Of a stretch of 64,000 nt of DNA, positions 36,200 through 48,417 are shown piece after piece (the stretch's first letter is position 1; each line of letters begins with the position of its first letter). The notes beneath the pieces are model-generated. The model saw only the letters and a program-made list of their open reading frames with translations, was not told where the DNA came from and did no database searches. The stretch lies in the NCBI RefSeq assembly GCF_035084215.1, contig NW_027139442.1, positions 4,526,001-4,590,000 of the forward strand, written 5' to 3'. The translations under genes were made by a program, and so were the position numbers. The stretch is from Heptranchias perlo (lineage: Eukaryota).

Positions 36200-37620
36200 C
36201 CCCACATCATCGGATCATTTTGCGAGCCCTAAACAAAATGTCGTCTGCCTGTCCCCCAGTTGTCGTCTAACCTTTTAAGTCTGTGAAAGTTTATCCTCCC
36301 CGGAGAACACTCTGACCCTGATAATTCTATGCAGTACCCATCTTTTGGTCAAGGTGTTCTCCGCCCCAGCCAGAAACAGGTCCAGCTCTCGCTTGAATGA
36401 AGTCAGCGAATCGACGTCCACTGCACGAACCGGCAGCCTGTTCCAGAGGTTCATGATTCTCTGGGAAAAGAATCACTTCCTGACATCTACCCTCGATCTG
36501 GCTTTGTACAACTTAAAATTGTGACCCCTGGTCCTCCCTAACCTATTTAGTTGGCAAAAACTGTCTTATTCACCTGGATCAAATCACCCCAAATTCTACG
36601 CTTCTCTAAAGTCTAGTGTCCGAGGTCATAGAATAGAATCATAGAAGTTTACAACATGGAAACAGGCCCTTCGGCCCAACATGTCCATGTCACCCAGTTT
36701 ATAACACTAAGCTAGTCCTAGTTGCCTGCACTTGGCCCATATCCCTCTATACCCATCTTACCCATGTAACTGTCCGAATGCTTGTTAAAAGACAAAATTG
36801 TACCCGCCTCTACTACTGCCTCTGGCAGCTCGTTCCAGACACTCACCACCCTTTGAGTGAAAAAATTGCCACTCTGGACCCTTTTGTATCTCTCCCCTCT
36901 CACCTTAAACCTATGCCCCCTCGTTATAGACTCCCCTACCTTTGGGAAAAGATTTTGACTATCTACCTTATCTCTGCCCCTCATTATTTTATAGACTTCT
37001 ATAAGATCAGCCCTAAACCTCCTACTCTCCAGGGAAAAAAGTCTTGGTCTATTCAACCTCTCCATATAAGTCAAACCATCAAGTCCCGGTAGCATCCTAG
37101 TAAATCTTTTCTGCACTCTTTCTAGTTTAATAATATCCTTTCTATAATTGGGTGACCAGAACTGTACACAGTATTCCAAGTGTGGCCTTACTAATGTCTT
37201 GTACAACTTCAACAAGACATCCCAACTTCAGTATTCAATGTTCTGACCAATGAAACCAAGCATGCTGAATGCCTTCTTCACCATCCAATCCACCTGTGAC
37301 TCCACTTTCAAGGAGCTATGAACCCGTACTCCTAAATCTCTTTGTTCTATAACTCTCCCCAACGCCCTACCATTAACGGAGTAGGTCCTGGCCCGATGCG
37401 ATCTACCAAAATGCATCACCTCACATTTATCTAAATTAAACTCCATCTGCCTTTTAGCCTATCTTGACAACTAAGAGGTTTCAAACTGGGAATTAATCTA
37501 GTGGCCATCCTCTGCACCCTTTCCAAAGCCTCACTATCATCAACCATGTGGAGAGACCACAACTGGACAAAGTAGTCAACTGAATCCTGATCAAGGTCCT
37601 GTTCAAAGACAAAATAATAG
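36200..37620 (-). mobile_element. Nested CR1 LINE fragments
   Basis: LYKTLVRPHLEYCVQFWSP, MEFNLDKCEVMHFG. Confidence 0.9.
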
Positions 37621-37639
37621 GCGTTGTGTTGTAACCAAC

Positions 37640-40345
37640 TGGAGTTCAATGTGGGAAAGTGACGGCTCATCCACTTTGGCCCTAAGAAAAATATATCAGA
37701 GTATTTTCTGAACGGCGAGAAGCTGGGAACTGTGGAGGAGCAGAGAGATTTAGGTGTTCAAGTCCAGGAATCAATAAAATCGAGCGGATAAAGGTACGAA
37801 AATTAATTAAAAATCCTTTATCTCAAGAGGGCTGGAATGCAAGGGGGTGGAAGTTATGTTACATTTGTACAGCACTCTGGTGCGACCCCATCTGGGGCAC
37901 TGCGTTCAGTAGTGGTACCAAAGCTCAGGAAGGACATATTGGCATTGGAGGGGGTGCAGCGCAGATTCACGAGAAAGATACTGGGGCTAAAAGGGTTAAA
38001 TTATGAGGACAGGTTGCATAGACCAGGCATGTATTCAATTGAATGTAGAAGATTAAGGGGAGATCGAATTGAGTTGTTTGAGAGCATCAAAGAAAGTGAT
38101 AGGGTAGATAGACATGAACTATTTCCTCTGGTGGGGTAGTCCAAAACAATGGGGCATAACCTTAAAACTAGAGCTCGGCCTTTCAGGGGTGATGTGAGGA
38201 AACACTTGTTCACAAGAAGGGTAGTGGAAATCAGGAAAACTCTCCTCAGAAAAGCTGTTGGGGCTGGGGGCCAATTGAAAATTTGAAAGCTCAGATTGAT
38301 AGAATTTTGTTCGGCAGGATATTAAGGGTTACAGAACCAATGTGGCAGATGGAGTTAAGATACAGGTCAGCCATGATCTAATTGAATGACGAATCAGGCT
38401 TGCCAGTTTTAATGGACTACTCTGGTTCCCCTGTCCCTATGTTCCCATGTCATATAAATAGTCCCCGGCACCCTATTCTCTTTACCTATCACATCATGGC
38501 ATTGCTCATGAATCTATAGAGCTCTATGTAAAAAGAAAAATATTAGTGAAGACAAATGTGGGTCCCTTACAATCAGAAAAGGGAGAGTTTATAATGGGGA
38601 ACAGGGAAATGGCAGAGCAATTCAACAAATACTTTGGTTCTGTCTTCACGGAAGACGACACACAGAACTTGCCAGAAATATTAGGGAACCAAGGGGCTAG
38701 TGAGAAGGAGGAATTAAAGAAAATGAGTATTAGCGAAAAAATAATGCTGGAGAAATTAATGGGACTGAAAGCCGATAAATCCGCAGGAGCTGAAAAATTG
38801 CATCCCAGAGTACCAAAAGAGGTAGCCATGGAAATAATGGATGCATTAGTTGTCATCTTCCAAAATTCTATAGATTATGGAACAGTTCCTGCAGATTGGA
38901 AGGTGGTAAATGTAACACCACTATTTAAAAAAGGAGGGAGAGAGAAAACAGGAAACTACAGAGTGGTTAGCCTAACTTCATTAGTAGGGAAAATGCTCGA
39001 GTCTATTATAAAGTAGGTGATAACAGGACACTTAGGCAAAGTCAACATGGGTTTAGAAAGGGAAATCGTGTTTGACAAACCTACTGGAGTTTTTTGAGGA
39101 TGTAACTGGTAGAATAGATCAGGGAGAACCAGTGGATGTGGTTTATTTGGATTTTGTGAAGGCCTTTAATAAAGTGGCACATGAGAGGTTAGTGTGCAAA
39201 ATTAACGTATATGGGATTGGGGGTAATATATTGGCATGGATTGAAAATTGGTTAACAGATAGGAAACAGAGAGTAGGAATAAATGGGTCTTTTACGGGGT
39301 GCCACGCAGTGACTAGTGTGGTACGGCAGTGATCAGTAATTTGGCCCCAGCTATTCAGAATTTATATCAATGATTTGAAAGATGGAACCAAATGTAAGAT
39401 TTCTAAGTTTGCTGGCGACACAAAACTAGGTGGGATCATGAGTTGTGAGGAGGATGCAAAGAGGCTTCAAAGCGATTTGGACAAGTTGAGTGAGTGGGCA
39501 AATACATGGCAATTGCAGTATAATATGGATCAATGTGAAGTTATCCACTTTGGAAGGAAAAACAGAAAGGCAGAGTATTATTTAAACGGTGATAGATTGG
39601 GTAATGTTGATGTACAAAGGGACCTCGGCATCCTTGTACACCAGTCACTGAAAGCAAACATGCAGGTGCAGCAAGCAGTTAGGGAGGCAAATGGTATTTT
39701 GGCCTTCATTGCACTAGGATTTGAGTAAAGGAGCAGGGAATTCTTACTGCAGTTATGAAGGGCTTTGCTGAGACCACACCTTAAATATTGTGTGCAGTTT
39801 TGTTCTCCTTACCTCAGAAAGGGTATACTTGCCAAAGAGGGAATGCAGCGAACGTTAACAGAACTGATCCCTGGGATGGCAGGACTGTTGTATGAGGAGA
39901 GATTGGGTCGACTCTGCCTGTATTCACTCGAGTTTAGAAGAATGAGAGGGGACCTCATTGAAACATATAGAATTCTGAGAGGGCTAGACAGACTGGATGC
40001 AGGGAGGATGTTTCCCCTGGCTGGAGGGTCCATAACGAGGTGTCACAGTCTCAGGATACGGGGTAGGACATTTAGGACTGAGATGAGGAGAAATATCTTC
40101 ACTCAGTGGGTGGTGAACCTGTGGAATTCTCTACCACAAAAGTCTGTGGAGGCCAAGTCACTGAATATTTTTAAGAAGGAGCCAGATAGATTTCTAGACA
40201 CAAAAGTCATCAAGGGGTACGGAGAGAGAGCGGGAATACGGTATTGAGATTGAGTATCAGCCATAATCACATTGAATGGGGGAGCATGCTCGAATGGACG
40301 ATCGACTGACTCCTGCTGTTATTTTCTATGTTTCTATGTTTCTAT
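37640..40345 (+). mobile_element. Two CR1 LINE copies (37640-38450 and 38525-40345)
   Basis: VPADWKVVNVTPLFKKG, VVYLDF.KAF, KFAGDTKLG, C-terminal domain and tails. Confidence 0.9.
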
Positions 40346-40349
40346 TTAG

Positions 40350-42850
40350 ATCCAGTCACGAGCCCAAACCCCCAATGCATCAAGATCCGCCTGAAACAGT
40401 CTACAATCCTGAAACTCGCACAAATCTCAGCAACATCTGCAAATCCTGCCCCCAACACCTACATCTAGATCATTAATTAATATCGTAAAAAGCAATGTTC
40501 CTAACACCGATCCCTGCAGGATACCACTGTTGAGCGGACTCCAAACAGATCCAAATGTACCTATAACTACTTTCTGCCTACGTCCTTCCAGCCAGTTCTC
40601 AATCCAGCTCAATATATTACCACTAATTTCGGACGCTTCGATCTTGTAGAGAAGCCTCTTGTGTGGTACATTATCCAAAGTTTATGGAAGTCTAAGCAGA
40701 AAGCATCTATTGGGCTTTCCACATCTACCATATTGGAGACTTCTTCAAAAAATACAAGCAAATTTATAAGACATGGTCGCCTATTTTTGAAGCCATGTTG
40801 GATGGCCCTAACGTGTCCTTCTCTATCCAAATAGTCACAGATTGCATCGCTAATGATTCCCTCAATACCGACGTTAAATTACTGGGTATTATAGTTACAC
40901 GGATCCGTCTTTCCTCATTTTTTTAAAGATGGGGATTGCATTACACTCCTTTCAGTATAAGGAAACCATCCCAGAGCGCAGCGAGCTATTCAAGAAAGGG
41001 ACAAGGGGCTCGCACAGCACGAGCCCCATCTCCCTATGAACTAACGGATGAATATCATCCAGACCGGCTGCCCTTGCTATTTCAAGCTTCATAATTCTTT
41101 CTAAAGCAATAAGTTCATCGATGTTAAAATTAACATTTTTTTATTAACATCATTAAATTATGACAGTCGATCATCTCCTTCAAGTGTGAAGACCGATGCA
41201 AAGTCCTCATTTAATATTTCCGCCTCACTTTGTGAGTCCTTCGTTACCTGTCCTTGATCATCCTTCAATGGCCCAATACAGTCTTGGCAGTTGTCCGACT
41301 CTTCACATAACTGTAAACGCTTTTCCCAAAATATCCACAATTCTCTATGATCCTCTTTTCCATTATACTTTTAGCTGATCTAACAGCAACCTTAGTTTTC
41401 TTATTCTGTTCCCGGTATCTAACTCTGTTCAGTTGAGTATTCGATGCCTTTAGTTTGTAGAAACACTTTTGTTTACATTTTATTTCTCTTTGTTCATGAC
41501 CAATCAGTGACCTTGCCTTTTCTCACCACATTCCCTTTTTTCGACTTTTGGCACATATTTTTCCTCCACGTTTTTTGTCTTGTTTTTCAAAAACTTCCCA
41601 TTTATATTCAACATCGGGTTAATCACCGGTTTCGTTGTGTTAGCCAATTAACCTGTTCCAAATCTTCTGCCATTTTACTGAAGTTTGCCAGAATGAAATC
41701 TGGAATGAGTTGTACATTTTCAGTAACTTTCGTTCTACCAGCCAATCGAAACCTTATAATATTGTGGTCACTGTTGCCCAAGTGTTCCCCCACATGGAGG
41801 CCTGATACGAGCTCAGGCTCAGTATTAAACACTCGATTAAATATATGATTACCCCTGTGAAGGATTTTAAATTTTCAATATAGATCTTTCACTTGCTAAA
41901 GGAGCAGAGTTTGGTTCAACACAGGATGGAACACAGAACTGTTAGACTTGACTGTTCAACACGGTATTCTGGGAAGGTTGAGCAAGTTCAGAAGGTTTTA
42001 TTATTGCTTCTGATTGTTTAGAAGCCTCACCGAGACGATGTACTTGCGCTGAGATAAGGGACAAGGTTAAATTTAAGACAGCTGTCGAGCTGGGCCTTGA
42101 AAGTCTGTGGGAAACTGTCATAAACATCAGATGCTGCAGCATCAGTTTGTTGAACGATGGGAAAGTGAGAGAGGGAAAGGAGAGAGAGTGAAAAGTTCCA
42201 GCAGCTTGTTTTTATCAGCGAGGATGGGAAAACATTTCTCCTCATTTCCCCTCTAGTTCTTTTGCCAATTGTTTTAAATCTCTGACCTTTGGTTACCGAA
42301 CCACTTACCAGTGGAAACAATTTCTCCCTGTTTGCGCTACCAAAACCCCTCATGATTCTGAATACCTCTATTAGGTCTCCCCTTAACCTTCCCTGCTGCA
42401 AGGAGAACAATCCCAGATTTTCCAATCTTTCCACATAACTAAAGTCTCTAATTTCTGCTATCGTCATGGTAAACCTCCTCTGTACCTCTCCAGGGCCTTG
42501 ACATCCTTCCCAAAGCGAGGTCTAAACAATGATTTGTAAAGGGTCAGCATTACTTCCTTCTTTTTGTATTTAATGCCGCTATTTAAAAAGCCAAGTGTCC
42601 CATTCGCTTTCTTAACCACCTTATCAACTTGCCCTGTCACCTATAAAGATTTGTCAATATGCACCCCCAGGTCCCTCTGGTCTTGCACCCCCCTCAAAAT
42701 AGTGCCATTTAGAATCGACTGCCTCCACATGCGATTCCTCCTGAAGGGCATCAAATCACACTTATCCGCATTAAATTGCAACTGCCATGTGTCTGCCCAT
42801 TTCGGCCACCTGTCTATGTCCTCCTGAAGTCTGCTATTATCCTGCTCACT
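40350..42850 (-). mobile_element. CR1 LINE fragments
   Basis: GILQGSVLGTLLFTILINDLD, HLGNSDHNIIRF, LQEDIDR..KWADTWQL.FN motifs. Confidence 0.85.
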
Positions 42851-43808
42851 ATTTATGTTTCGAATTTTGGATACAATTGTGAATAGATACTCGTGGACTC
42901 GCCTCACCTTTAAACACAAGAACAGGCAAGACTTTCGTTACCTCGAGAAAAACCTAATACTCGGCACAGGATAGCATTCAATGGAAGAGCGCATGCTCCT
43001 TATTAATGGTTCCGAACCCAGGGCTGGATTGCGGGCCCAGTGAGAGATTATTCCACTTTGACAGATTGGTGAGGACCTGGGACAAGAGTTTGGACTACGC
43101 AGAGTGGGGAATAGGCTGGATGTTAGGCGATTTTCCTTTACCCAGTTAGTCGTGAGCATCTGGAATGCGTTGCTGGCTGGACCGGTTATTGGCTGGGGCA
43201 GAGGACGCAACATATAAAAGGTAAGAGGATTTAAAGTTAACGTAAGTCTTATCCATGTGATCTCCTCGACTGGTTTCGAACATCTGAGGGGGTCGGGGAG
43301 AAATTTTCCAGGGTATTCTATCCCTTAAAGTCCCTGGATTTTTGCCTTTCCCAGGAAATGACATGGCTGCAGGCCGGTTGAGGAGGAGTAAGTGTCTGTA
43401 ATGATGCTCCAGCAATCCCGAGTGAGGGGCAGGCTTGATGGACCAGCTGGTCTTTTACTGCCCATAATTTCCGTATGTTCGTCCACAGCTCAGCTAGTCA
43501 AGTTGTTTTAAATGAAGCGATCTCCACACCTGGGGCATGTCCTGCGTCTGTCTTTAGTGAAAGTGGATTCAATGTCTCTGCGTCTCACATTAATCTCCTC
43601 TGAAGCTCAAGGACGCGAAATATTCTTGCAGACCTCGACTATAATGTGTCTGAGAATTTATAGTCCCGTCCAACCGTCCCTACGTCACTACGTTGCTGTT
43701 GTGCGGTGAAGCACATTAGCAGATGATTTAAGCCCAGTATATCATTGGGTGGTCTTAAGACAGTAAGCCCTCAGTCCTTCTAACCTTGGTTAAAGGTTTA
43801 TTGGATTC

Positions 43809-43880
43809 GGGGTTGTAGCTCAGTGGTATAGCGCCTGCTTTGCGTGTATATATTTCTGGGTTCAATATCTAACACTTCCA
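43809..43880 (+). pseudogene. tRNA-Ala(TGC) pseudogene
   Basis: 72 nt GGGGTTGTAGCTCAGTGGTATAGCGCCTGCTTTGCGTGTAT...GGGTTCAATATCTAACACTTCCA; A box intact, stems disrupted. Confidence 0.75.
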
Positions 43881-44047
43881 TCATTGTTTTTCATCAGAAT
43901 GTCCCACAAAAAGACGAATAATGCTATCAGAGGGAAACGAGTTCCAACTTTTGAGGCATGCATTAAATTGTCGCGGAGTAGAACTTCATCTCCCGGTCCC
44001 CTCAGCAGCTCAGCTCATAACAGCCACCGACTGACTGGAATTCAAAA

Positions 44048-44119
44048 TTCGAACCTTGGCGATAGAACGCGGGACGTCATACACACGAAGCATTCTGTCT
44101 ATCACTGAGCTACATCACA
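44048..44119 (-). pseudogene. tRNA-Ala(CGC-derived) pseudogene
   Basis: Minus strand reads GATGTAGCTCAGTGATAGACAGAATGCTTCGTGTGTATGACGTCCCGCGTTCTATCGCC, a degenerate tRNA-Ala. Confidence 0.6.
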
Positions 44120-45520
44120 AGATAGTGAAAACCTCGAATCAAGTATAAAAAGACTGAGAACCTCACTGTCCTATGGCCACCCCGAGGATTTACTGGGCTG
44201 AAAAGCACCTCCTTATGTACTCCAAGCAGACAACTATACCTGAGGTATGTGGACCTGATATACTCAGAGACTCAGAGTAATGCGAAAGGGGGCGTGGAGA
44301 AGTCAGGCTGGGAGAGGGGGCGAGACTCCTTGGGCTGTGCTCTGACCATCCTTCCTATTTCAGGGCGCAATTTTCGAACGCTCCCGTTATCGGACCAGTT
44401 GGACGGGACTTGAAATGTTCAGGCACATTGTAAAAGAGGCCTGCAATAATATTTCGAGTCGCTGAGTTTCAGAGCAAGGCAACGTGAGGCGGAAAGAGTA
44501 GTGAATCTCATTTCACTAGAGACGGACGCAGGACTTGCCCCAGGTGTAGTTTTGTGTTCAAAGATCACTTCACTAAAAACACCTTGACGGGGTGGTGTTA
44601 CAAACGGACATGACGGGCAGGAAAAGAGTTGGTTCATCAATCCTGCCCCACATGTCTGGAGCATTGTGATTGGACACTTCCTACCGACACCACCCGCCCT
44701 ACCCACCGGAAACATGTAATCTCCTGGGAGCGGTTACAAACCAGAAAAAAATCCAGGGCTAATAAGGAGATGATATTCAGGCAAATTCCTCCCCGACTCC
44801 CTCAGGCGATCGAATCGAGTTCAGTGGATCACATTGACAATGTGTCGGTTAACTGCAAAACCACTCACCTTCTATATGATGCGCTCTCGGTCCCAGTCAA
44901 GAACCGGTCCAGATCCCTCGAGAAGGCGGAGAGAGAGAGTCAGTAGACATCTAATCAGCCGGCAATGCATTCCAGAGACTCACTACTCTCTGAGAAAAGA
45001 AGAACCGCCGAACATCCAGACTATTCTTACCTCCGTGTGGTCTAAACGACTGTACGCTGCTCCTCCCCAACCTGTAAAACAGGAAATAATCTATTTCTTC
45101 ACTCTGATGGTGGTGAACCTGTGGAATTCTCTACCACAGAAGGCTGTGGAGGCCAAGTTACTGAATATATTTAAAAAGGAGACAGATAGATTTCTAGAAA
45201 CAATAGGCAGGAAGGGGTATGGGGAGGGAGCGGGAGATGGTATTGAGATTGAGGATCAGCCATGGACATATAGAAAGGCTGAGCAGGCTCGAAGGGCGAA
45301 TGGCCGCCTCGTGCTACTATTTTCTTTATTTTTATCACTGGGCACGCTTTCCAGCCCCGGGATGGGAGCCGTTTAAAAGGCGCTTGCGAGCTTCCATTGA
45401 ATTTTATCGTGTGCAGAGCGTTCGGTTTTTCTCGACGTAAAGAAACTCTTGCCTGTCTTTGTGTGTGAAGGTGAGGTGAGGACAAGAGGATTTTTTCAAA
45501 ATTTGAAACAAAAAAACGTT

Positions 45521-45592
45521 TGGAGATACCGGGGATTGAACCCGGGACCTCATATATGCAAAGCATGCGCTCGACCACTGAGCTACATTTAT
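45521..45592 (-). tRNA. tRNA-Ala(TGC), near-intact body but broken 5' acceptor strand (probable pseudogene)
   Basis: ATAAATGTAGCTCAGTGGTCGAGCGCATGCTTTGCATATATGAGGTCCCGGGTTCAATCCCCGGTATCTCCA. A/B boxes present, oligo-T pol III terminator immediately downstream, 5' GGGG replaced by ATAA. Confidence 0.7.
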
Positions 45593-47197
45593 TGTGACCA
45601 CGGTGAAATTCTGATTATTGTAAATTATGTGAGAGTCTTCAGTTCTCAACATGAGATTATCACATTAAAAGCAATTGGCATTTCTGAATTTCTCACTCTT
45701 GCCAGGGTGTTAATTATTTGAGATGGATAAGGAGTTAATGTTGAGTGTAATTGGTAGGCACAGGAGCAGGCACCAATTATTCTTTTTAAAAAGAGATGCA
45801 TGAACTAAAATGCTGTCTTCCCTGACAGGAATATGTTTAAAGTTAATAGTGATGTTATTAATGATTTCTGCTTGTTTTAACAGATTTTCCAAATTCTAAG
45901 GAAAAAAAGTTGGTTTGAAAGAAAGGCTGTGCTTTCAGGGCTCATGCATAGAAAATTGAAAGTCAGAAATAAGCTGAAATTTATTTTCCAGAATTTAACT
46001 ATATTAGGATCTTTGTGCAAGTTATTATTGCTTAACGGCACAAGGACATGCTTGTTGCGGGGTGGGGGTCGTGGGGAGGGAGAAATAAAATGGAGTTAGG
46101 CACCTTTTCATTCAGCTAAATTTTTAAAATTGATGTGAAAGCAGCGTGACGCAAGCTGCGTGAGTCTGATGATATTTAGGTCCGCCTTCTTTTCACAGCA
46201 GAAAAGTTAGCCCCTTCCATTGGAGCTGATTTAGATTTTTTTCTAGTATAAGATTAACTGTGCCTAAATATTCACGAAGCAGCAACTTTTCTTTGCAGAA
46301 TGTAAACATATATCAGGCATTATTACATTTTTAATTACATTCTTAATTTGAGTGGATATTTCCCCACGTTGAAGGAAGGAAATCAGGAATTGACAAAAGT
46401 ATGTTATGCAATTCACCACTTCGGTTCTCAAGAACAACTACAGTGGATGTTCAGTTTTATTCTTTTAAAACAGGTGAACATGGTTTTCAGAACCGAATGT
46501 GTGTTGATGGTGCAGGATTACCGAGAGTTCTTTGACGTAAAAGTGGCCTCACAGAGTTGTGGAGCAACCTTTGCTGGAAAGACGTAGTTGCTGGAGGAGA
46601 TCCAGGAGTGTTAAGAATTTAAGACGTCATCGGCAGATATCGAATGTCACAGCGTTGTGACGATTTGATCCAAGCCTTTGCCTCTCAAAGGCTCAGATTT
46701 AACCCATTCAGGGTTATTTGTTATCATCCGGGATAGAGTGTTCGAGGGGGTGGAGATATGAGCTATCTCCGAAAGTAATTGCAAGTACTACTGGACTATA
46801 ACCATCCTTCCTGTTTCAGGTCCCCGTTTTTCGAACGCTGCCCTTATCAGTCAGAAAGCAGACAGTTGGATGGGATTAGTGATGCTCAGGCACATTGTAG
46901 TGGAGGTCTGTAGAATATTTTGAGCCCTTGAATTTCAGAAGAGAGAACTGGGTCTCATTTCACTAAAGATGGACTTCGGACATGTCCCAAATATGGGCTT
47001 GTGTTTAAAGATCGTTTCAATGAAAACATCTTGATGAGCTGGGGTCGGGGGCGTTTGAAACGGCGCGTGCGCTCTTCTATTGAATTTTATCCTATGCGGA
47101 GCATTAGATTTTTCTCGATGGAAAGAAAGTTTTGCCTGTCCTTGTGTGTAAAGGCGAGGCGAGTTGAAGAGGATCTTTCCAAAATTCGAAACATAAG

Positions 47198-47262
47198 TGA
47201 AGAGAGATTCCCAGAATTGAACACAAACCTGCGCATCTGCGCTTTACCACTGAGCTACAGTC
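47198..47262 (-). pseudogene. Internally deleted tRNA-Ala pseudogene
   Basis: Minus strand TGTAGCTCAGTGGTAAAGCGCAGATGCGCAGG...GTTCAATTCTGGGAATCTCTC, with the same downstream flank as the 45521 copy. Confidence 0.55.
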
Positions 47263-47382
47263 ACATTCGAAAGTAAACTCCAGTTGAAGTAAACAAGCGT
47301 GTTTCCCCTTTGTCTCTCCCAGACAACCAACGCTTACGGCTGCTTGTTGGAGACATAAGAAGCTCGACTAGCTTTCGGTAAA

Positions 47383-47456
47383 GCATTCGTGGTTCAGTGG
47401 TGGTCACATTCTCGCTTCCAACACGAATAACCCAGTTTCGATTCCCGGTTGATGCA
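47383..47456 (+). pseudogene. tRNA-Gly pseudogene
   Basis: GCATTCGTGGTTCAGTGGT...ATTCTCGC...TTCGATTCCCGGTTGATGCA matches the tRNA-Gly(GCC/CCC) scaffold; anticodon arm degenerate. Confidence 0.7.
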
Positions 47457-47994
47457 GCTTGAATTTTAGTTTAGATCTATAATTGGCCAACATCATTCAA
47501 CCCCGCTAATTGCTAAAATTCACAGTTTGTTGACGGCTGTCCATAGTGACGCCACTATTCCCGGCAAGAATGGAGATGATTGCGTAATTACTGCGTCAAT
47601 CACTGCTGTAAGTGCCTGGGTTTGACTTTACGCACATAATTTTATTATGTAACTATCCTGCTCTCATCGCATTTTGCAAACACACAAACATACAAAGAAT
47701 GAGAGACGGGAAAGGACCTTCTGGTCGATCCAGCCCGTCCCATGCCATTGTCATACTTTGTGTTTCACACGATTTCCACGCCCCACCCCACCCAAAGCCA
47801 TGCGATCTCCTGCGGCAGAGGAAAAACAGGTAAAACCAATTGCAATTGGGGGGAATCTGGGAATTTCCTCTCTGACCAATTAGGAGATCGAAACTGGACG
47901 AGGAGATCAATCTGGCCCTCGTAATTTTAGGCATTGCCTCCCTTTTTTATGCGGTGATCTCCAGCCCTGTCAGAAATAGGTCCAGCACTCGTTT

Positions 47995-48258
47995 GAAATA
48001 TTGCTGAAGAAATGATCAATTTGTATTATGTAACTATCCTCCACTCATTGCATTTTGCTGGAGAAATAATCAATTTATATTATGTAACAGTTCCCCACTC
48101 ACTGCATTTTACTGGAGAAATAATCAATTTGTATTATGTAACTATGCCACACTAACTGCATTTTACTGGAGAAATGATCAATTTATATTATGTAACTATC
48201 CTCCACTCTACATTTTGCTGAAGAAATAATCAATTTTTATTATGTAACTTTCGTCCAA
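47995..48258. repeat. ~55-bp tandem repeat, ~4.5 copies
   Basis: Unit TTTTGCTGAAGAAATGATCAATTTGTATTATGTAACTATCCTCCACTCATTGCA; a solo copy at ~47635-47680. Confidence 0.85.
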
Positions 48259-48417
48259 TCACAGAACCTTGATGGAGAAGTAATCCTGCATTCATTGGGA
48301 GACTTTGCTGTAGTTTCGGTCATGAGTTCTGTTTGCTGCAGTTGCGAGAAACTCTGTTCAAATAGTATGTTTGTTGTAGCGCTTAGTGTTTGCTGAGTAA
48401 ATAAACTGTTTCTCCAG

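Noticed and set aside
38546-40247. Functional reverse transcriptase gene
   Set aside because: CR1 ORF2 is broken by stops and frameshifts, is 5'-truncated, and has the catalytic FADD changed to FAGD.
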